DNA of 41,572 nt, the filler included, from a bacterium (GTDB lineage: Bacteria > JAJRZV01): assembly GCA_024275095.1 (NCBI GenBank). It is 2 parts of 2 records of this genome, joined end to end, with 100 filler letters (N's around TTAATTAATTAA, not from the genome) between each part and the next. Parts side by side here need not be neighbours in the genome. Positions count along the whole stretch, not along the records: positions 1 to 31,368 come from JAJRZV010000036.1; 1 more part is not named here. One strand, written 5' to 3'. The notes beneath the pieces are model-generated. The model did no database searches and had not been told where the DNA came from. It was given only the letters and a program-made list of their open reading frames with translations. The position numbers were made by a program, and so were the translations under genes. Below are positions 1 through 10,185 of this stretch, piece after piece; position 1 is the first letter of the stretch, and every line of letters starts with the position of its first letter.

Positions 1-398
1 AGTCCCAGACCGATGATGGAAAATGAAACGACAAGAAATATTTTTCGTTTGCTGAGAAAGAACGGCGAAAATATAAGAACATAGAAGAATAAGATAATAA
101 ATGGACTTTCAATAACACCTGTAAAATAAGTAGCACCTGATATGAAAAGTATATCGAAAAGAACCTGAGAAAAAGCCAGATTTTCAAGAGTTTTTTCGTG
201 CTTGATGCGCCGAATGAAAAGAAGGGATGGAATGGTGATGGAGAGTATTATTACTTCCAGTACAATCAGGGAGGGAACCTCGAGGGCGGAGTGTTTCCCC
301 TTGATGGAATAAAAAAGAGTAACTCCTACGATAATGCTGATTATAAAAACTCGACCCGAGAGATAATAAACGACGTTGCGTTTAACCGCCGCCTCCAA
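1..398 (-). CDS. pilS: PilS-like sensor histidine kinase, N-terminal membrane part (partial, runs off the left edge; absent from the ORF track)
   Basis: Manual translation from TTG at 398 is open to base 1: MEAAVKRNVVYYLSGRVFIISIIVGV...FSQVLFDILFISGATYFTGVIESPFIILFFYVLIF.... It has several TM segments, a QxxxD...TGxxxSPF pattern typical of PilS, and overlaps the pilC stop as in pilBTCSR loci. Confidence 0.8.
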   Translation of the reverse strand, partial: MEAAVKRNVVYYLSGRVFIISIIVGVTLFYSIKGKHSALEVPSLIVLEVIILSITIPSLLFIRRIKHEKTLENLAFSQVLFDILFISGATYFTGVIESPFIILFFYVLIFSPFFLSKRKIFLVVSFSIIGLG

Positions 399-1623
399 CC
401 GCACCCGCCAGGCTGAATATTGGTAGGTAAAGAGAAATGAGGATTCCACCCACAAGCACCCCGAGAAAGGCCATCATCATTGGCTCGATCATCGAGGTAA
501 GCGCTCCCACGGCGGCGTCCACTTCGTCATCGTAAAAATCAGCAATCTTGGAAAGCATGGAATCGAGAGCACCTGTTGCTTCACCCACGGAAATCATCTG
601 CACAACCATGGGAGGAAATACGTGGGTGTATTTCATCAAGGGTTCTGCAATGTTTTTACCGGCCATAATCTCGCGCCTGGACTCCATAATGGCATCTTCA
701 ACCACCTGGTTCCCAGCGATCCTTCCACAAATTTCCATGGCGTCAATGATAGAGACGCCACTGGAGATCAGCGTACCCAGTGTTCGTGTGAAACGAGCAA
801 TGGCAACTTTCTTTATCAGATCCCCGAATACCGGGGCTTTTAAAAGAAGCCAGTGCACGTAATATTTTACCTTTGGATTCCGCATGAGGAGTCGCAAGCC
901 CACGATAAAAGCAATCGTTACTCCAATTACCGTGGGCATTTGGTGCCTCACCACTTCGCTGATGCGAATAAGCACTTGCGTGGGCCCGGGAAGTTCGGCT
1001 CCCAGCTCCTCGAATATTTGCTGGAATCGCGGTACGACATATATAAGTAATCCAAAAGTTATTGCCAGGGCCAGAACCAGCACCGCCACAGGATATGTGA
1101 GAGCGCTTTTTACTTCACTCTTGAGTTTTACAATCTTTTCCTGGTACGTAGCGAGTCGGTTCAATATGGTATCCAGCACACCGCCTGCTTCTCCTGCTGC
1201 TACCAAATTCACGTAGAGCTGATCGAAAACTTTCGGATGGTGTGCCAGCGCCTCTGCAAGTGAAGAGCCTCCCTCCACCGTTCTTTTCACATCAAACAGA
1301 ATTTCTTTAAATGCAGGTGACGGCTGCTGGGATGCAAGAATATCAAGAGCCTGGACAATGGGAAGGCCCGCGTCCAGCATGGTTGAAAACTGCCTTGTAA
1401 AAACCACGAGGTCTTTCTGCTTAACCCCGCCCATGAATTTCTTCAGAAAAGCCGGCATCTTCAATTCCATGGACAGATCCAGCCCGCCTTTTTGACGCAG
1501 GGAGGTGGGAACAATGTTTCTCTGCCTGAGGAGTCCTGTTGCTTCCGCGGCAGAAGATGCTTTCAGGGTGCCTTTGACTACTTTGCCATCGGCTCCTCGT
1601 CCTTCGTATACAAACTCCGGCAT
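382..1623 (-). CDS. pilC: Type IV pilus inner-membrane platform protein PilC (GspF family)
   Basis: FTRQFSTMLDAGLP, AGEAGGVLD, VGEATGALD and IEP motifs; follows pilT. Confidence 0.96.
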   Translation of the reverse strand: MPEFVYEGRGADGKVVKGTLKASSAAEATGLLRQRNIVPTSLRQKGGLDLSMELKMPAFLKKFMGGVKQKDLVVFTRQFSTMLDAGLPIVQALDILASQQPSPAFKEILFDVKRTVEGGSSLAEALAHHPKVFDQLYVNLVAAGEAGGVLDTILNRLATYQEKIVKLKSEVKSALTYPVAVLVLALAITFGLLIYVVPRFQQIFEELGAELPGPTQVLIRISEVVRHQMPTVIGVTIAFIVGLRLLMRNPKVKYYVHWLLLKAPVFGDLIKKVAIARFTRTLGTLISSGVSIIDAMEICGRIAGNQVVEDAIMESRREIMAGKNIAEPLMKYTHVFPPMVVQMISVGEATGALDSMLSKIADFYDDEVDAAVGALTSMIEPMMMAFLGVLVGGILISLYLPIFSLAGAVGGGG

Positions 1624-1627
1624 CGCT

Positions 1628-2740
1628 TCACCTCATTACTTGGTTTCTGCGCATTTCAGGACGCAGGAAAGCCGTTCCTTTTTCAATCATCATCTTCAAT
1701 TCATCCGGTTCAGGACTCTTTGCAAGCGCATCTTCAAGAGTGATGAGTCGACGCTGGTAAAGATTGAACAGTGACTGGTTGAAGGTTTGCATCATGTGTT
1801 TATCCTGTCCCATCTGCAGGTGAGAGTAAATCTGATGCACCTTCTCTTCCCTGATAAGGTTGCGAATGGCGGGAGTGGGAATGAGCACCTCACACGCGAG
1901 CACTCTTCCATGGCCCGTTGCTTTGGGAAGAAGGGCCTGACAGATAATTCCTTCGAGAACGAAACTCAATTGAGCTCTCACCTGCGGCTGCTGGTGAGGC
2001 GGGAACACGTCAATGATACGGTTGATGGTCTGCACAGCAGTATTGGTGTGAAGCGTTGCAAAAACCAGGTGTCCTGTTTCTGCTGCTGTCAGCGCTGTCT
2101 CTATTGTTTCAAGATCCCTCATCTCGCCGATGAGGATCACGTCAGGATCCTGGCGAAGCACGTATCTCAACGCATTGAGAAAACTTTTTGTATCAGCTCC
2201 CACTTCTCTCTGATTCACTATGCATTTCTTGTGGGGGTGCAGGTATTCAATCGGATCTTCAATCGTGATGATGTGCAGGTTCTTTTCGTTGTTAATGGTA
2301 TCTATCATTGCGGCGAGCGTGGTGGATTTTCCTGAACCTGTTGGACCGGTGACAAGCACCAGTCCTCTTGGCTTGTTGCAGAGAGTTTTTACAACCCGGG
2401 GAAGTCCGAGTTCTTCAAAGCTCCTGATAGTAAAGGGAATGGCCCGAAAAGCACCGGCAACTGCTCCACGCTGTATAAATATATTGGCCCGAAATCGTGA
2501 AAGTCCTTTAATACCGAAAGAAAGGTCCAGTTCATTGTTTTCTTCAAACTTCTGTTTTTGAGCTTCTGTCATAATGCTGTAACATAGCTGTTTTGTCTCC
2601 GTCGCATTAAGAGGAGGATGATTTACCGGGACCAAACGTCCATCTATACGAAGCATTGGTGGCGCTCCAACGGTAATGTGAAGATCCGATGCACCTTTTT
2701 CCACCATCACTTGAAGGAGTTTGTGTAATCCTACAGCCAT
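1628..2740 (-). CDS. pilT: Type IV pilus retraction ATPase PilT
   Basis: GPTGSGKST, TIEDPIE, LRQDPDVILIGEMRD, TGHLVFATLHT and the PilT-specific AIRNLIRE. Confidence 0.97.
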   Translation of the reverse strand: MAVGLHKLLQVMVEKGASDLHITVGAPPMLRIDGRLVPVNHPPLNATETKQLCYSIMTEAQKQKFEENNELDLSFGIKGLSRFRANIFIQRGAVAGAFRAIPFTIRSFEELGLPRVVKTLCNKPRGLVLVTGPTGSGKSTTLAAMIDTINNEKNLHIITIEDPIEYLHPHKKCIVNQREVGADTKSFLNALRYVLRQDPDVILIGEMRDLETIETALTAAETGHLVFATLHTNTAVQTINRIIDVFPPHQQPQVRAQLSFVLEGIICQALLPKATGHGRVLACEVLIPTPAIRNLIREEKVHQIYSHLQMGQDKHMMQTFNQSLFNLYQRRLITLEDALAKSPEPDELKMMIEKGTAFLRPEMRRNQVMR

Positions 2741-2751
2741 AATGTCACCTC

Positions 2752-4452
2752 TCAGTCAGCCGCAGTCACTCTTGCAGCTTCTTCTACGGTTGTTACTCCT
2801 CTGAGAACTTTTACGAGAGCGCTTTTTCTCAGTGAGAGCATGCCCTGTTCTATAGCTTTTGCTTTGATCTCACCAGCACTTGCACCTTCAAGCACCAGCT
2901 CTTTTATTTCTTCACTCATTTCAAGCACTTCGTGCACAGCAATTCGACCTTTATATCCTGTTCCTCCGCAAATATCACACCCTTTACCCCGGTAAAAAGT
3001 CCCGTTTTTGATTTCATCCTCAGAAAAGCCCATCTCTCGAAGAAGTTTTTCAGGATACTTGGTGGGTTCTTTACAGTTTTCACAGACTTTTCTCACAAGT
3101 CTCTGGGCCACCACACATATAAGGGTGGCTGTTACTAAGAAAGGCTCCACGCCCATATTGAGCAATCGCGTTACGGTGCTTGCAGCATCGTTTGTATGAA
3201 GGGTACTGAGAACAAGGTGCCCGGTGAGTGCCGCTTTAATTCCAATCTCAGCTGTTTCAAAGTCTCGTATCTCCCCCACAAGAATAATATCGGGATCCTG
3301 CCTGAGGAATGCTCTCAATGCATTGGCGAAATTGAGACCGATATCCTCCTTCATTTGAACCTGGTTGATACCGTGAAGGTTGTATTCCACGGGATCTTCG
3401 GCAGTTGAAATGTTGACCTCTGGAGTATTAAGCTCCATCAATGCTGAATACAGTGTCGTTGTTTTACCACTTCCGGTAGGGCCTGTCACAAGGACCATCC
3501 CGTACGGTTGATGAATCGCTTTTTTGAATATTTCAAGCTGGTCAGGCTCAAAGCCTAACTTGGTCAGGTCGAGCTGGAGATTGGATTTATCCAGCAGACG
3601 AAGCACGATCTTCTCCCCAAAAAGCGTGGGAAGGGAATTTACACGAAAGTCCAATTCCTTCTGACCGAACTTTAATTTGATGCGTCCATCCTGAGGTAGT
3701 CGCTTTTCAGCAATATCCATGTCCGCCATGATCTTAAGCCTTGTGAGAATGGCATTTTTCAGTTTCATGGGGGGACGTGTAAATTCGTGGAGTACTCCAT
3801 CCACACGAAAACGGATGCGGAAGTCCTTCTCGTAAGGTTCTACGTGAATGTCACTTGCTTTTCTTTTTACTGCTTCGGCGAGAATGGCATTCACCAGTTT
3901 GATCACCGGTGCTGCTTCCGCCTCCTTCTGGCTCTCTGTCAGATCCTCCTCTTCTTCTTCTTTCACTACTTCGAGATCTTCTTCAATTTCTGCCCATAAC
4001 TCCGCGAGTTGTGATTCTTCTTCTTTCTTCTTGTAATATTTTTCCACTGCGCGTTTGAGTGCCTGATCCGATGCAAGGACAAACTCAACCGTATATCCCG
4101 TTTTCATCCTTATGGCATCAAGTGCCGTGAGGTTGGTAGGGTCTGATGTGGCTACCAGCAGCCGTGCACCCTCGCGTTTTACAGGTATTACATTGTGCTT
4201 AACGGTAATCTCAGAAGGTACCAGCGCAATAATCTCGGGAGGAATTTCAATTTCATCCAGGTTTACGGTGGGTAAGCGATAATGTTTGCTGAGAAATTTA
4301 AGCAGTTCAGATTCTTCAATATAGCCGAGTTTTACAAGGCTCTCTCCCAGCCTGGCTCCTGTGCGCTTTTGTTCCTCCAGAGCTTTTCTCAGCTGCTCCG
4401 GTGTAATCTTATTATCTTTAACAAGAAGTGCTCCCAAACGCCTCGCAGCCAT
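2752..4452 (-). CDS. pilB: Type IV pilus assembly ATPase PilB
   Basis: ASDIHVEP, PQDGRI, GPTGSGKTT, RQDPDIILVGEIRD, CENC/CDIC zinc motif; AAGGAGG RBS at 4457-4463. Confidence 0.96.
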   Translation of the reverse strand: MAARRLGALLVKDNKITPEQLRKALEEQKRTGARLGESLVKLGYIEESELLKFLSKHYRLPTVNLDEIEIPPEIIALVPSEITVKHNVIPVKREGARLLVATSDPTNLTALDAIRMKTGYTVEFVLASDQALKRAVEKYYKKKEEESQLAELWAEIEEDLEVVKEEEEEDLTESQKEAEAAPVIKLVNAILAEAVKRKASDIHVEPYEKDFRIRFRVDGVLHEFTRPPMKLKNAILTRLKIMADMDIAEKRLPQDGRIKLKFGQKELDFRVNSLPTLFGEKIVLRLLDKSNLQLDLTKLGFEPDQLEIFKKAIHQPYGMVLVTGPTGSGKTTTLYSALMELNTPEVNISTAEDPVEYNLHGINQVQMKEDIGLNFANALRAFLRQDPDIILVGEIRDFETAEIGIKAALTGHLVLSTLHTNDAASTVTRLLNMGVEPFLVTATLICVVAQRLVRKVCENCKEPTKYPEKLLREMGFSEDEIKNGTFYRGKGCDICGGTGYKGRIAVHEVLEMSEEIKELVLEGASAGEIKAKAIEQGMLSLRKSALVKVLRGVTTVEEAARVTAAD

Positions 4453-4497
4453 TTTGCCTCCTTATTCCCCCAAAAGTGAATACTGTTTATTAATATT

Positions 4498-4526
4498 ATT
4501 ATACATTTTCATTCTTAAATAACCAA
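4498..4526 (-). promoter_or_regulatory. Putative sigma-70 promoter for pilBTCS
   Basis: TTGGTT-N17-TATAAT on the minus strand, about 45 nt upstream of the pilB start. Confidence 0.5.
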
Positions 4527-4616
4527 ACAAAGAGAACCAAATTGATGGCCTTTTCTTCAGGTTATTTATGTCTAAATTAAAACTTTTTTCAAAATACCCG
4601 CAGCGCATAATAAATC

Positions 4617-6374
4617 TTACTCAATTACCCGTATTCGCAATTCTTTCAGCTGCCTCTCATCTACAGTTGAGGGGGCACCCGTGAGAAAGCATTGAGCCCT
4701 CTGGGTTTTTGGAAAGGCGATGACATCCCTGATGGAACGGGCGCCTGTCAGAATCATAACGAGACGGTCCAGGCCAAGGGCGATGCCTCCGTGAGGAGGG
4801 GCTCCATACTGGAGGGCATCCAGTAAAAAGCCAAACTTCGCACGGGCTTCTTCCTCTTCTATACCCAGGACCCTGAACACCTTCTCCTGAACATCGCGCC
4901 TGTGAATTCGAATGCTGCCTCCCCCAATCTCCATCCCGTTGAGAACCACGTCATAAGCCCTTGCTCTCACTTTCGCCGGTTCTGTTTCCAGTAAGGGCAG
5001 ATCATCCTCACGTGGAGAGGTGAATGGATGGTGCACTGCAACGAATCGCTTCTCTTCTTCATCGTATTCCAGGAATGGAAAATCAGTAACCCATAAGAAT
5101 TTATACTCATTTTCCTTTATAAGATTTAACTTCTTCCCAAGGTGCAACCGCAGTTTGCCCAGTACCTCCGCAGTCTTTGCTTCATTACCTGCTACAACAA
5201 GCAACACATTCCCTTCGCGGAAGTTTGTTAATTTACAAATTTTATTCAAGCTTTCTTTGGTCATAAATTTAACAGCAGGTGATTTTATTTCCTGTCCTGC
5301 ATGCCTGAACCATACAAGCCCGGAGGCTCCGAATTCCACTGCCAGATCTACGAGACCATCCAGTTCCGAACGCGATGGGCTCCAGTTTTCCACTATTATT
5401 CCTCTAACCACTCCCTGAGAGGCTGCTTCTTCGAACACCTTGAAACCACACCCCTTTACAGCGGACGTAATATCCTGGATCTCCAGACCAAAACGAAGGT
5501 CTGGCTTATCTGAACCGTACTTCATCATGGCCTCTGAATAAGGCATGCGCAAAAAGGGCACATTAACCTCTACATCGAGAATTTCCTCGAAAAGAAGCTT
5601 GAGCATTCCTTCTATCACTTCAAAAATATCTTCTTCATCAACAAAGGACATTTCCACATCAATCTGGGTGAACTCGGGTTGCCTGTCTGCCCGCAGATCT
5701 TCGTCCCTGAAGCATTTAACAATTTGGAAATATTTATCCATTCCAGCCACCATGAGAATTTGCTTGAAAAGTTGAGGGGACTGTGGGAGCGCGTAAAACC
5801 TGCCCGGGTTTACACGGCTGGGGACCAGGTAATCCCTCGCTCCTTCGGGGGTACTTTTTGTGAGAAAGGGAGTCTCCACTTCCACAAACCCACGTGAATG
5901 AAAATAATTCCTGATAATACGTGCTGCCTCAGAACGTAGAATGAAGCGTTTTTTTACTTCCTCCCTCCTCATATCCAGGTATCTGTAACGCAACCGTACC
6001 ATCTCGTCTGTCTCAACGTATTCGTCCAGGTTGAAAGGAAGAGGCTCGGAGGAATTGAGAATTTCCATCTCGTCAACAATTACTTCCACTTCCCCTGTTT
6101 TCATTTTAGGATTTTCCGTTCCCTCGGGACGGCGTGCGACCTTGCCTTTGACCGCAATCACCCATTCGCTGCGCAGGCGTCTTGCCTCTTTATGAACTTC
6201 CTGGTTATATTCAGGATTGAATACGCACTGAACAATTCCTTTTATATCGCGCAGGTCTATAAATATAACCCCTCCATGATCTCGATAGCTGTGCACCCAA
6301 CCGTTGAGTATTACCGTCTCTCCAACATCATCCCCGCGGAGATCGCCACAATACCGTGTGCGCTTTAACATCAT
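4617..6374 (-). CDS. aspS: Aspartate--tRNA ligase (probably non-discriminating Asp/Asn type)
   Basis: [51 protein letters not shown]. Confidence 0.97.
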   Translation of the reverse strand: MMLKRTRYCGDLRGDDVGETVILNGWVHSYRDHGGVIFIDLRDIKGIVQCVFNPEYNQEVHKEARRLRSEWVIAVKGKVARRPEGTENPKMKTGEVEVIVDEMEILNSSEPLPFNLDEYVETDEMVRLRYRYLDMRREEVKKRFILRSEAARIIRNYFHSRGFVEVETPFLTKSTPEGARDYLVPSRVNPGRFYALPQSPQLFKQILMVAGMDKYFQIVKCFRDEDLRADRQPEFTQIDVEMSFVDEEDIFEVIEGMLKLLFEEILDVEVNVPFLRMPYSEAMMKYGSDKPDLRFGLEIQDITSAVKGCGFKVFEEAASQGVVRGIIVENWSPSRSELDGLVDLAVEFGASGLVWFRHAGQEIKSPAVKFMTKESLNKICKLTNFREGNVLLVVAGNEAKTAEVLGKLRLHLGKKLNLIKENEYKFLWVTDFPFLEYDEEEKRFVAVHHPFTSPREDDLPLLETEPAKVRARAYDVVLNGMEIGGGSIRIHRRDVQEKVFRVLGIEEEEARAKFGFLLDALQYGAPPHGGIALGLDRLVMILTGARSIRDVIAFPKTQRAQCFLTGAPSTVDERQLKELRIRVIE

Positions 6375-7123
6375 TTTTCCACCTCAGCAATAATGGGTTT
6401 GAAACCATACCTTGAAAGCTTGCGTAACACCTGCATCGCTTCGTCTTTTGTATAGAAGTACCCTACCCTCACCCGATACCATATTCCCTTTGCTCCAAGG
6501 TTGGCTGTCATTAAGTAAGCGTCATAGTTCATCTTCTTCAACTTTTGTACTGTTGCTATGGCATCCTGACGCGAACGATAGGATGCGACCTGAACCGTGA
6601 ACTTCTTTGCAGTACTTCGAACGTGCCTGCGAGATTTTGGAGATGAAAGTTTTTTCTCAACAGGTGGCAGTGTAGTTGCCAACTTTTCTTCTTCAGACTT
6701 CTTCTTTTGAGGCTGCACTGCTTTCTGTTTTTTTTCTGTCTTGACCGGGGGTTGTGTTTTTCTAACTTTTTTCTCCACTGGTGTCTCCCGGGGTTTTCCC
6801 ACAGGCTCCTTTGTTTTCACTGGGGGATGAGCTTGTGGAGGTGCGGTTGTCTTTTCTGCGAAATGTTCTTTCCCTACACCTGCAGGCGGTGCAGCAGCAA
6901 CAGGAGGTGGGGTGACAACGGGCTGAGCAAATGAACTGACACTCCCCCTGGTAGGAGAGGTTGCTTTTGCTTTCTGGTGTGTTCTCGTACTGATGTACTG
7001 TCCTGTGATAACCCCCATCCCGAAGGAGAGGCCCAGGAGTATCGTTACAATAATAAACACAGCAACAATATCACGCCCTTCTACAATAAACTGATATTTT
7101 TCTTTCACGCGCCGAAAATCCAT
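6371..7123 (-). CDS. SPOR-domain cell division protein (FtsN/DedD-like)
   Basis: N-terminal TM helix, Pro/Lys-rich linker, C-terminal SPOR domain (FTVQVASY...WYRVRVG); located downstream of argS. Confidence 0.85.
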   Translation of the reverse strand: MDFRRVKEKYQFIVEGRDIVAVFIIVTILLGLSFGMGVITGQYISTRTHQKAKATSPTRGSVSSFAQPVVTPPPVAAAPPAGVGKEHFAEKTTAPPQAHPPVKTKEPVGKPRETPVEKKVRKTQPPVKTEKKQKAVQPQKKKSEEEKLATTLPPVEKKLSSPKSRRHVRSTAKKFTVQVASYRSRQDAIATVQKLKKMNYDAYLMTANLGAKGIWYRVRVGYFYTKDEAMQVLRKLSRYGFKPIIAEVEK

Positions 7124-8780
7124 TACATTCGCTCCGGAGCTTCTACACCCAGAAGATAAAGGCCGTTGCGAAGTACATGTTTTATCAATTTTACCAGAGT
7201 TAGTCGCCAGGTTCTCAGCAAATCATTTTCCAGAAGCACCCTGTGTCTATTGTAATATCCGTGAAATGTCTTGGCCAATTCTATCAGGTAATACGTTATG
7301 CGGTGGGGTTCAAGAAAAAAAGCTGCGTCCTCCACAACTTCCGGAAATTTTAACGCGGTAAGGATAAGCTTGCGTTCCTCTCCGTCTTCAGGAAAAACGG
7401 TACCATCAGTATTGATGTTGTGAATATCGAGAAGTGAAGGCTCTGGAGACAATCGCCTTTTTCGCGCTTCGTGTTCAATAGAACATATGCGGGCATGTGC
7501 GTACTGAGTATAATAAACAGGATTATCGCTGCTTTTTCTTTTGGCTTCTTCCAGGTCAACGTCCAGATGATTATCGGATCGCCTCGTCAGATAAAAGAAA
7601 CGCGCAGCATCCACACCGATTTCATCCATTAATTCCTGCAGGGTGACAAAATCGCCCTTGCGCTTTGACATCTGTACAGGTTTCCCTGCTCTCAGGAGAT
7701 TGACCATCTGGATGAAAACAACCCGCAGAACTTCTCCATTTTCTCCCAGTGCGTTAAGAGCGGCCCTGAGACGCGGCAGGTAGCCGTGATGATCGGCACC
7801 CCATACGTTTACAAGAAGCTGAAATCCCCGGTTCAATTTTTCAATATGATATGCTATATCAGTGGCAAAGTAGGTGTATTCTCCGTCAGATTTTACCAGC
7901 ACGCGCGGTTTTCATCTCCAAACTTTTCTGCATTAAACATCAGTGCTCCATCAGAGGTGAAGGTGCATCCCTTTGCAGATAGTTCATTCAGAGCCTCCTC
8001 AACGAGACCTTTCGCTCTGATATCGTTCGATTCGCTTACAAAGGTGTCCATGTGAACCCTGAAGCGGTCAAGGTCCCTTACAATCCACTGAAGAATGATT
8101 TCTGCTGCTTTCTTCCCTGCCTGCACAGGATCATCCGGAACCTTTTCACCCCGGCCATGCAATTCTTCTACCACACGATTAATATATTCTCCTGAATACT
8201 GGAGGTCATCCCTTTCCTCTCCGCATGCGACCGCGATGACGGAACGTCCCAGTTCTTCAATCTGGCGCCCTGCATCATTGATGTAATATTCTCGAACGAC
8301 TTTGTGGCCGGTCCATTCCAGTATTCTGGCAATGCTGTCACCGACAGCGGCATTGCGGCCGTGTCCAATATGAAGTGGACCGGTAGGGTTGGCGCTGACA
8401 AACTCGAGCAAAACCTTCTCATTGTTCCCGACTTTTGAAGCGCCGAAGTCTTCCCTCTCGCTCTGTTCAACCAGTTCCTTCAGAAGAAATTTCTGAGCCA
8501 GGTAAACATTGACGAATCCCTTTCCTGCCACCTCTACCTTCTCCAGCATCCCCTCAGCATCAAGCTTTATCATCTCGTCCCGAATCCATGTTGCTATGTC
8601 AGCAGGAGATTTTTTAAGTGTTCCTGTGAGCACAAAGGCAGCGTTAAGGCTGTAATCCCCCATACCAGCAGGAGGCTCGCTAACGTCAAACGGGGGAACC
8701 TCTGTCGGGTCAATTTTCTCGGATATAATTTTACGAACCAGGTTTTTGATTCTCTTCCTGATGGTTGGTGGCACCTTCAT
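7123..8780 (-). CDS. argS: Arginine--tRNA ligase split by a 1-nt frameshift near 7909-7912 (ORFs 7893-8780 and 7123-7902); true start possibly GTG at 8774
   Basis: The N half has EFVSANPTGPLHIGHGR. The C half has KSDGEYTY, WGADHHGY, MSKRKG, YTQYAHARI and APERM. One extra A restores FGDEKPRVLVKSDG. Confidence 0.93.
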
Positions 8781-8916
8781 CCTCCTTGGACTTTAACCGC
8801 ACGTCAAAGGTAAAATCTGGACACCGCAATGCGTAGTCATCCCCTCTGGAATACCGCTTTTTACAATCCTCTCTCCACGCACATACAGCACAGGATTTTT
8901 TATCTATTGGTTTCAC
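8731..8916 (-). CDS. Small four-cysteine hypothetical protein (61 aa)
   Basis: CxxC-x5-C-x14-C (CAVCAWREDC...RCPDF); strong AAGGAGG RBS; GTG start overlaps the hisS TGA; fills the hisS-argS gap. Confidence 0.75.
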   Translation of the reverse strand: MKPIDKKSCAVCAWREDCKKRYSRGDDYALRCPDFTFDVRLKSKEDEGATNHQEENQKPGS

Positions 8917-10172
8917 TTTTTCCTCCTTACGTATTCCGTGATTTCATTGTGTGGTATTTCGCGTTGTTCACCGGATAGAAGATCCTTCACGGTATAAAAA
9001 CCTTCTGCCATTTCTTTTTCTCCAAGGATAACCACATACCTCACATTCTCTTTATCCAGTCTCCTCATCTGACTTTTCATTGAACCGAAGCGATAGTCAA
9101 TCACACACCTTATACCTGCAGACCTGAGGCTGTTAACAAGTGAAACGGCATGCTCCACAAAACGCTTTTCCATCACGAGAACTCCCGTACCATCACGTGC
9201 CTTTTCTTTGAGTAAAGAGGAAATTTCCATAACCCTTTCCACGCCCATGGCAAATCCCACGCCAGGGATAGAGGGACCGCCCAGGTCCCCGATCAACCCA
9301 TCGTAACGTCCACCTGCACTGACTGCGTTTTGGGCCCCAAGACCGGTGTGAATAATTTCAAAGGCTGTCCTTGTGTAATAATCCAGTCCGCGTACGATCA
9401 TAGGATTTACCGTAAACTTTATGTGAAAACTCTTCAGATATTTCTGAACCTCTTCAAAGTGTCCCAGGCATTCGTGACACAGATTATCCACTGTCCGAGG
9501 TGCGTTTTCATATATCTGTCTGCATCTGTCTTTTTTACAATCCAGAGCTCTCATGGGATTTCTATCCTTGCGCCTTACACACTCTTCACAAATTTCCTGC
9601 GCATGAGTTTCAAGGAACTCGCGGAGCTTGTGAACATACAGGGGACGACAATTTTTGCAGCCGACCGAGTTGATCTGAAGTTCGCATTTATCCACGCCGC
9701 ATACTTCAAGAAGTTCCAGAGCAAGCTTGATAACCTCCGCATCTGCATATGCATCTTCGGGTCCTATCAATTCCGCTCCGACCTGGTGGAACTGTCTGTA
9801 GCGACCCCGCTGTGGGCGCTCGTACCTGAACATGGGACCCATATAATAGAGCCTGGAATAAGGCTCCAGAGAATAAAGGCTGTTTTCCACATAAGCTCGA
9901 GCTACTGGTGCCGTACCTTCAGGCCTGAGAGCAACAGTTTCTCCGGATTTCAACTTGAAGGAGAACATCTCTTTTTCCACAATATCCGTCGTTTCACCCA
10001 CTGTACGAACAAAAAGATTCTGGTCCTCCATAACAGGAGTTATCACCTCGCAGTATCCGTATAAGTTCAGGACTTCCCGGCACTTATTGTAAATAAGCCG
10101 CATGAAATCCGCTTCTTCTGCAATAAAATCCCTTGTTCCCCTGATACGTTTCACTTTCATGGCACTACCCAC
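8913..10172 (-). CDS. hisS: Histidine--tRNA ligase
   Basis: RGTRD, LRPEGTAP, FRYERPQRGRYRQFHQ, VRGLDYY, GGRYDGL; C-terminal anticodon-binding domain. Confidence 0.97.
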   Translation of the reverse strand: MGSAMKVKRIRGTRDFIAEEADFMRLIYNKCREVLNLYGYCEVITPVMEDQNLFVRTVGETTDIVEKEMFSFKLKSGETVALRPEGTAPVARAYVENSLYSLEPYSRLYYMGPMFRYERPQRGRYRQFHQVGAELIGPEDAYADAEVIKLALELLEVCGVDKCELQINSVGCKNCRPLYVHKLREFLETHAQEICEECVRRKDRNPMRALDCKKDRCRQIYENAPRTVDNLCHECLGHFEEVQKYLKSFHIKFTVNPMIVRGLDYYTRTAFEIIHTGLGAQNAVSAGGRYDGLIGDLGGPSIPGVGFAMGVERVMEISSLLKEKARDGTGVLVMEKRFVEHAVSLVNSLRSAGIRCVIDYRFGSMKSQMRRLDKENVRYVVILGEKEMAEGFYTVKDLLSGEQREIPHNEITEYVRRKK

Positions 10173-10185
10173 CTGAAAAGGAGCC

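Noticed and set aside
198..416. 72-aa plus-strand ORF
   Set aside because: Antisense shadow of the pilS-like frame.
9330..10064. 244-aa plus-strand ORF
   Set aside because: Antisense to hisS with no recognisable motifs.
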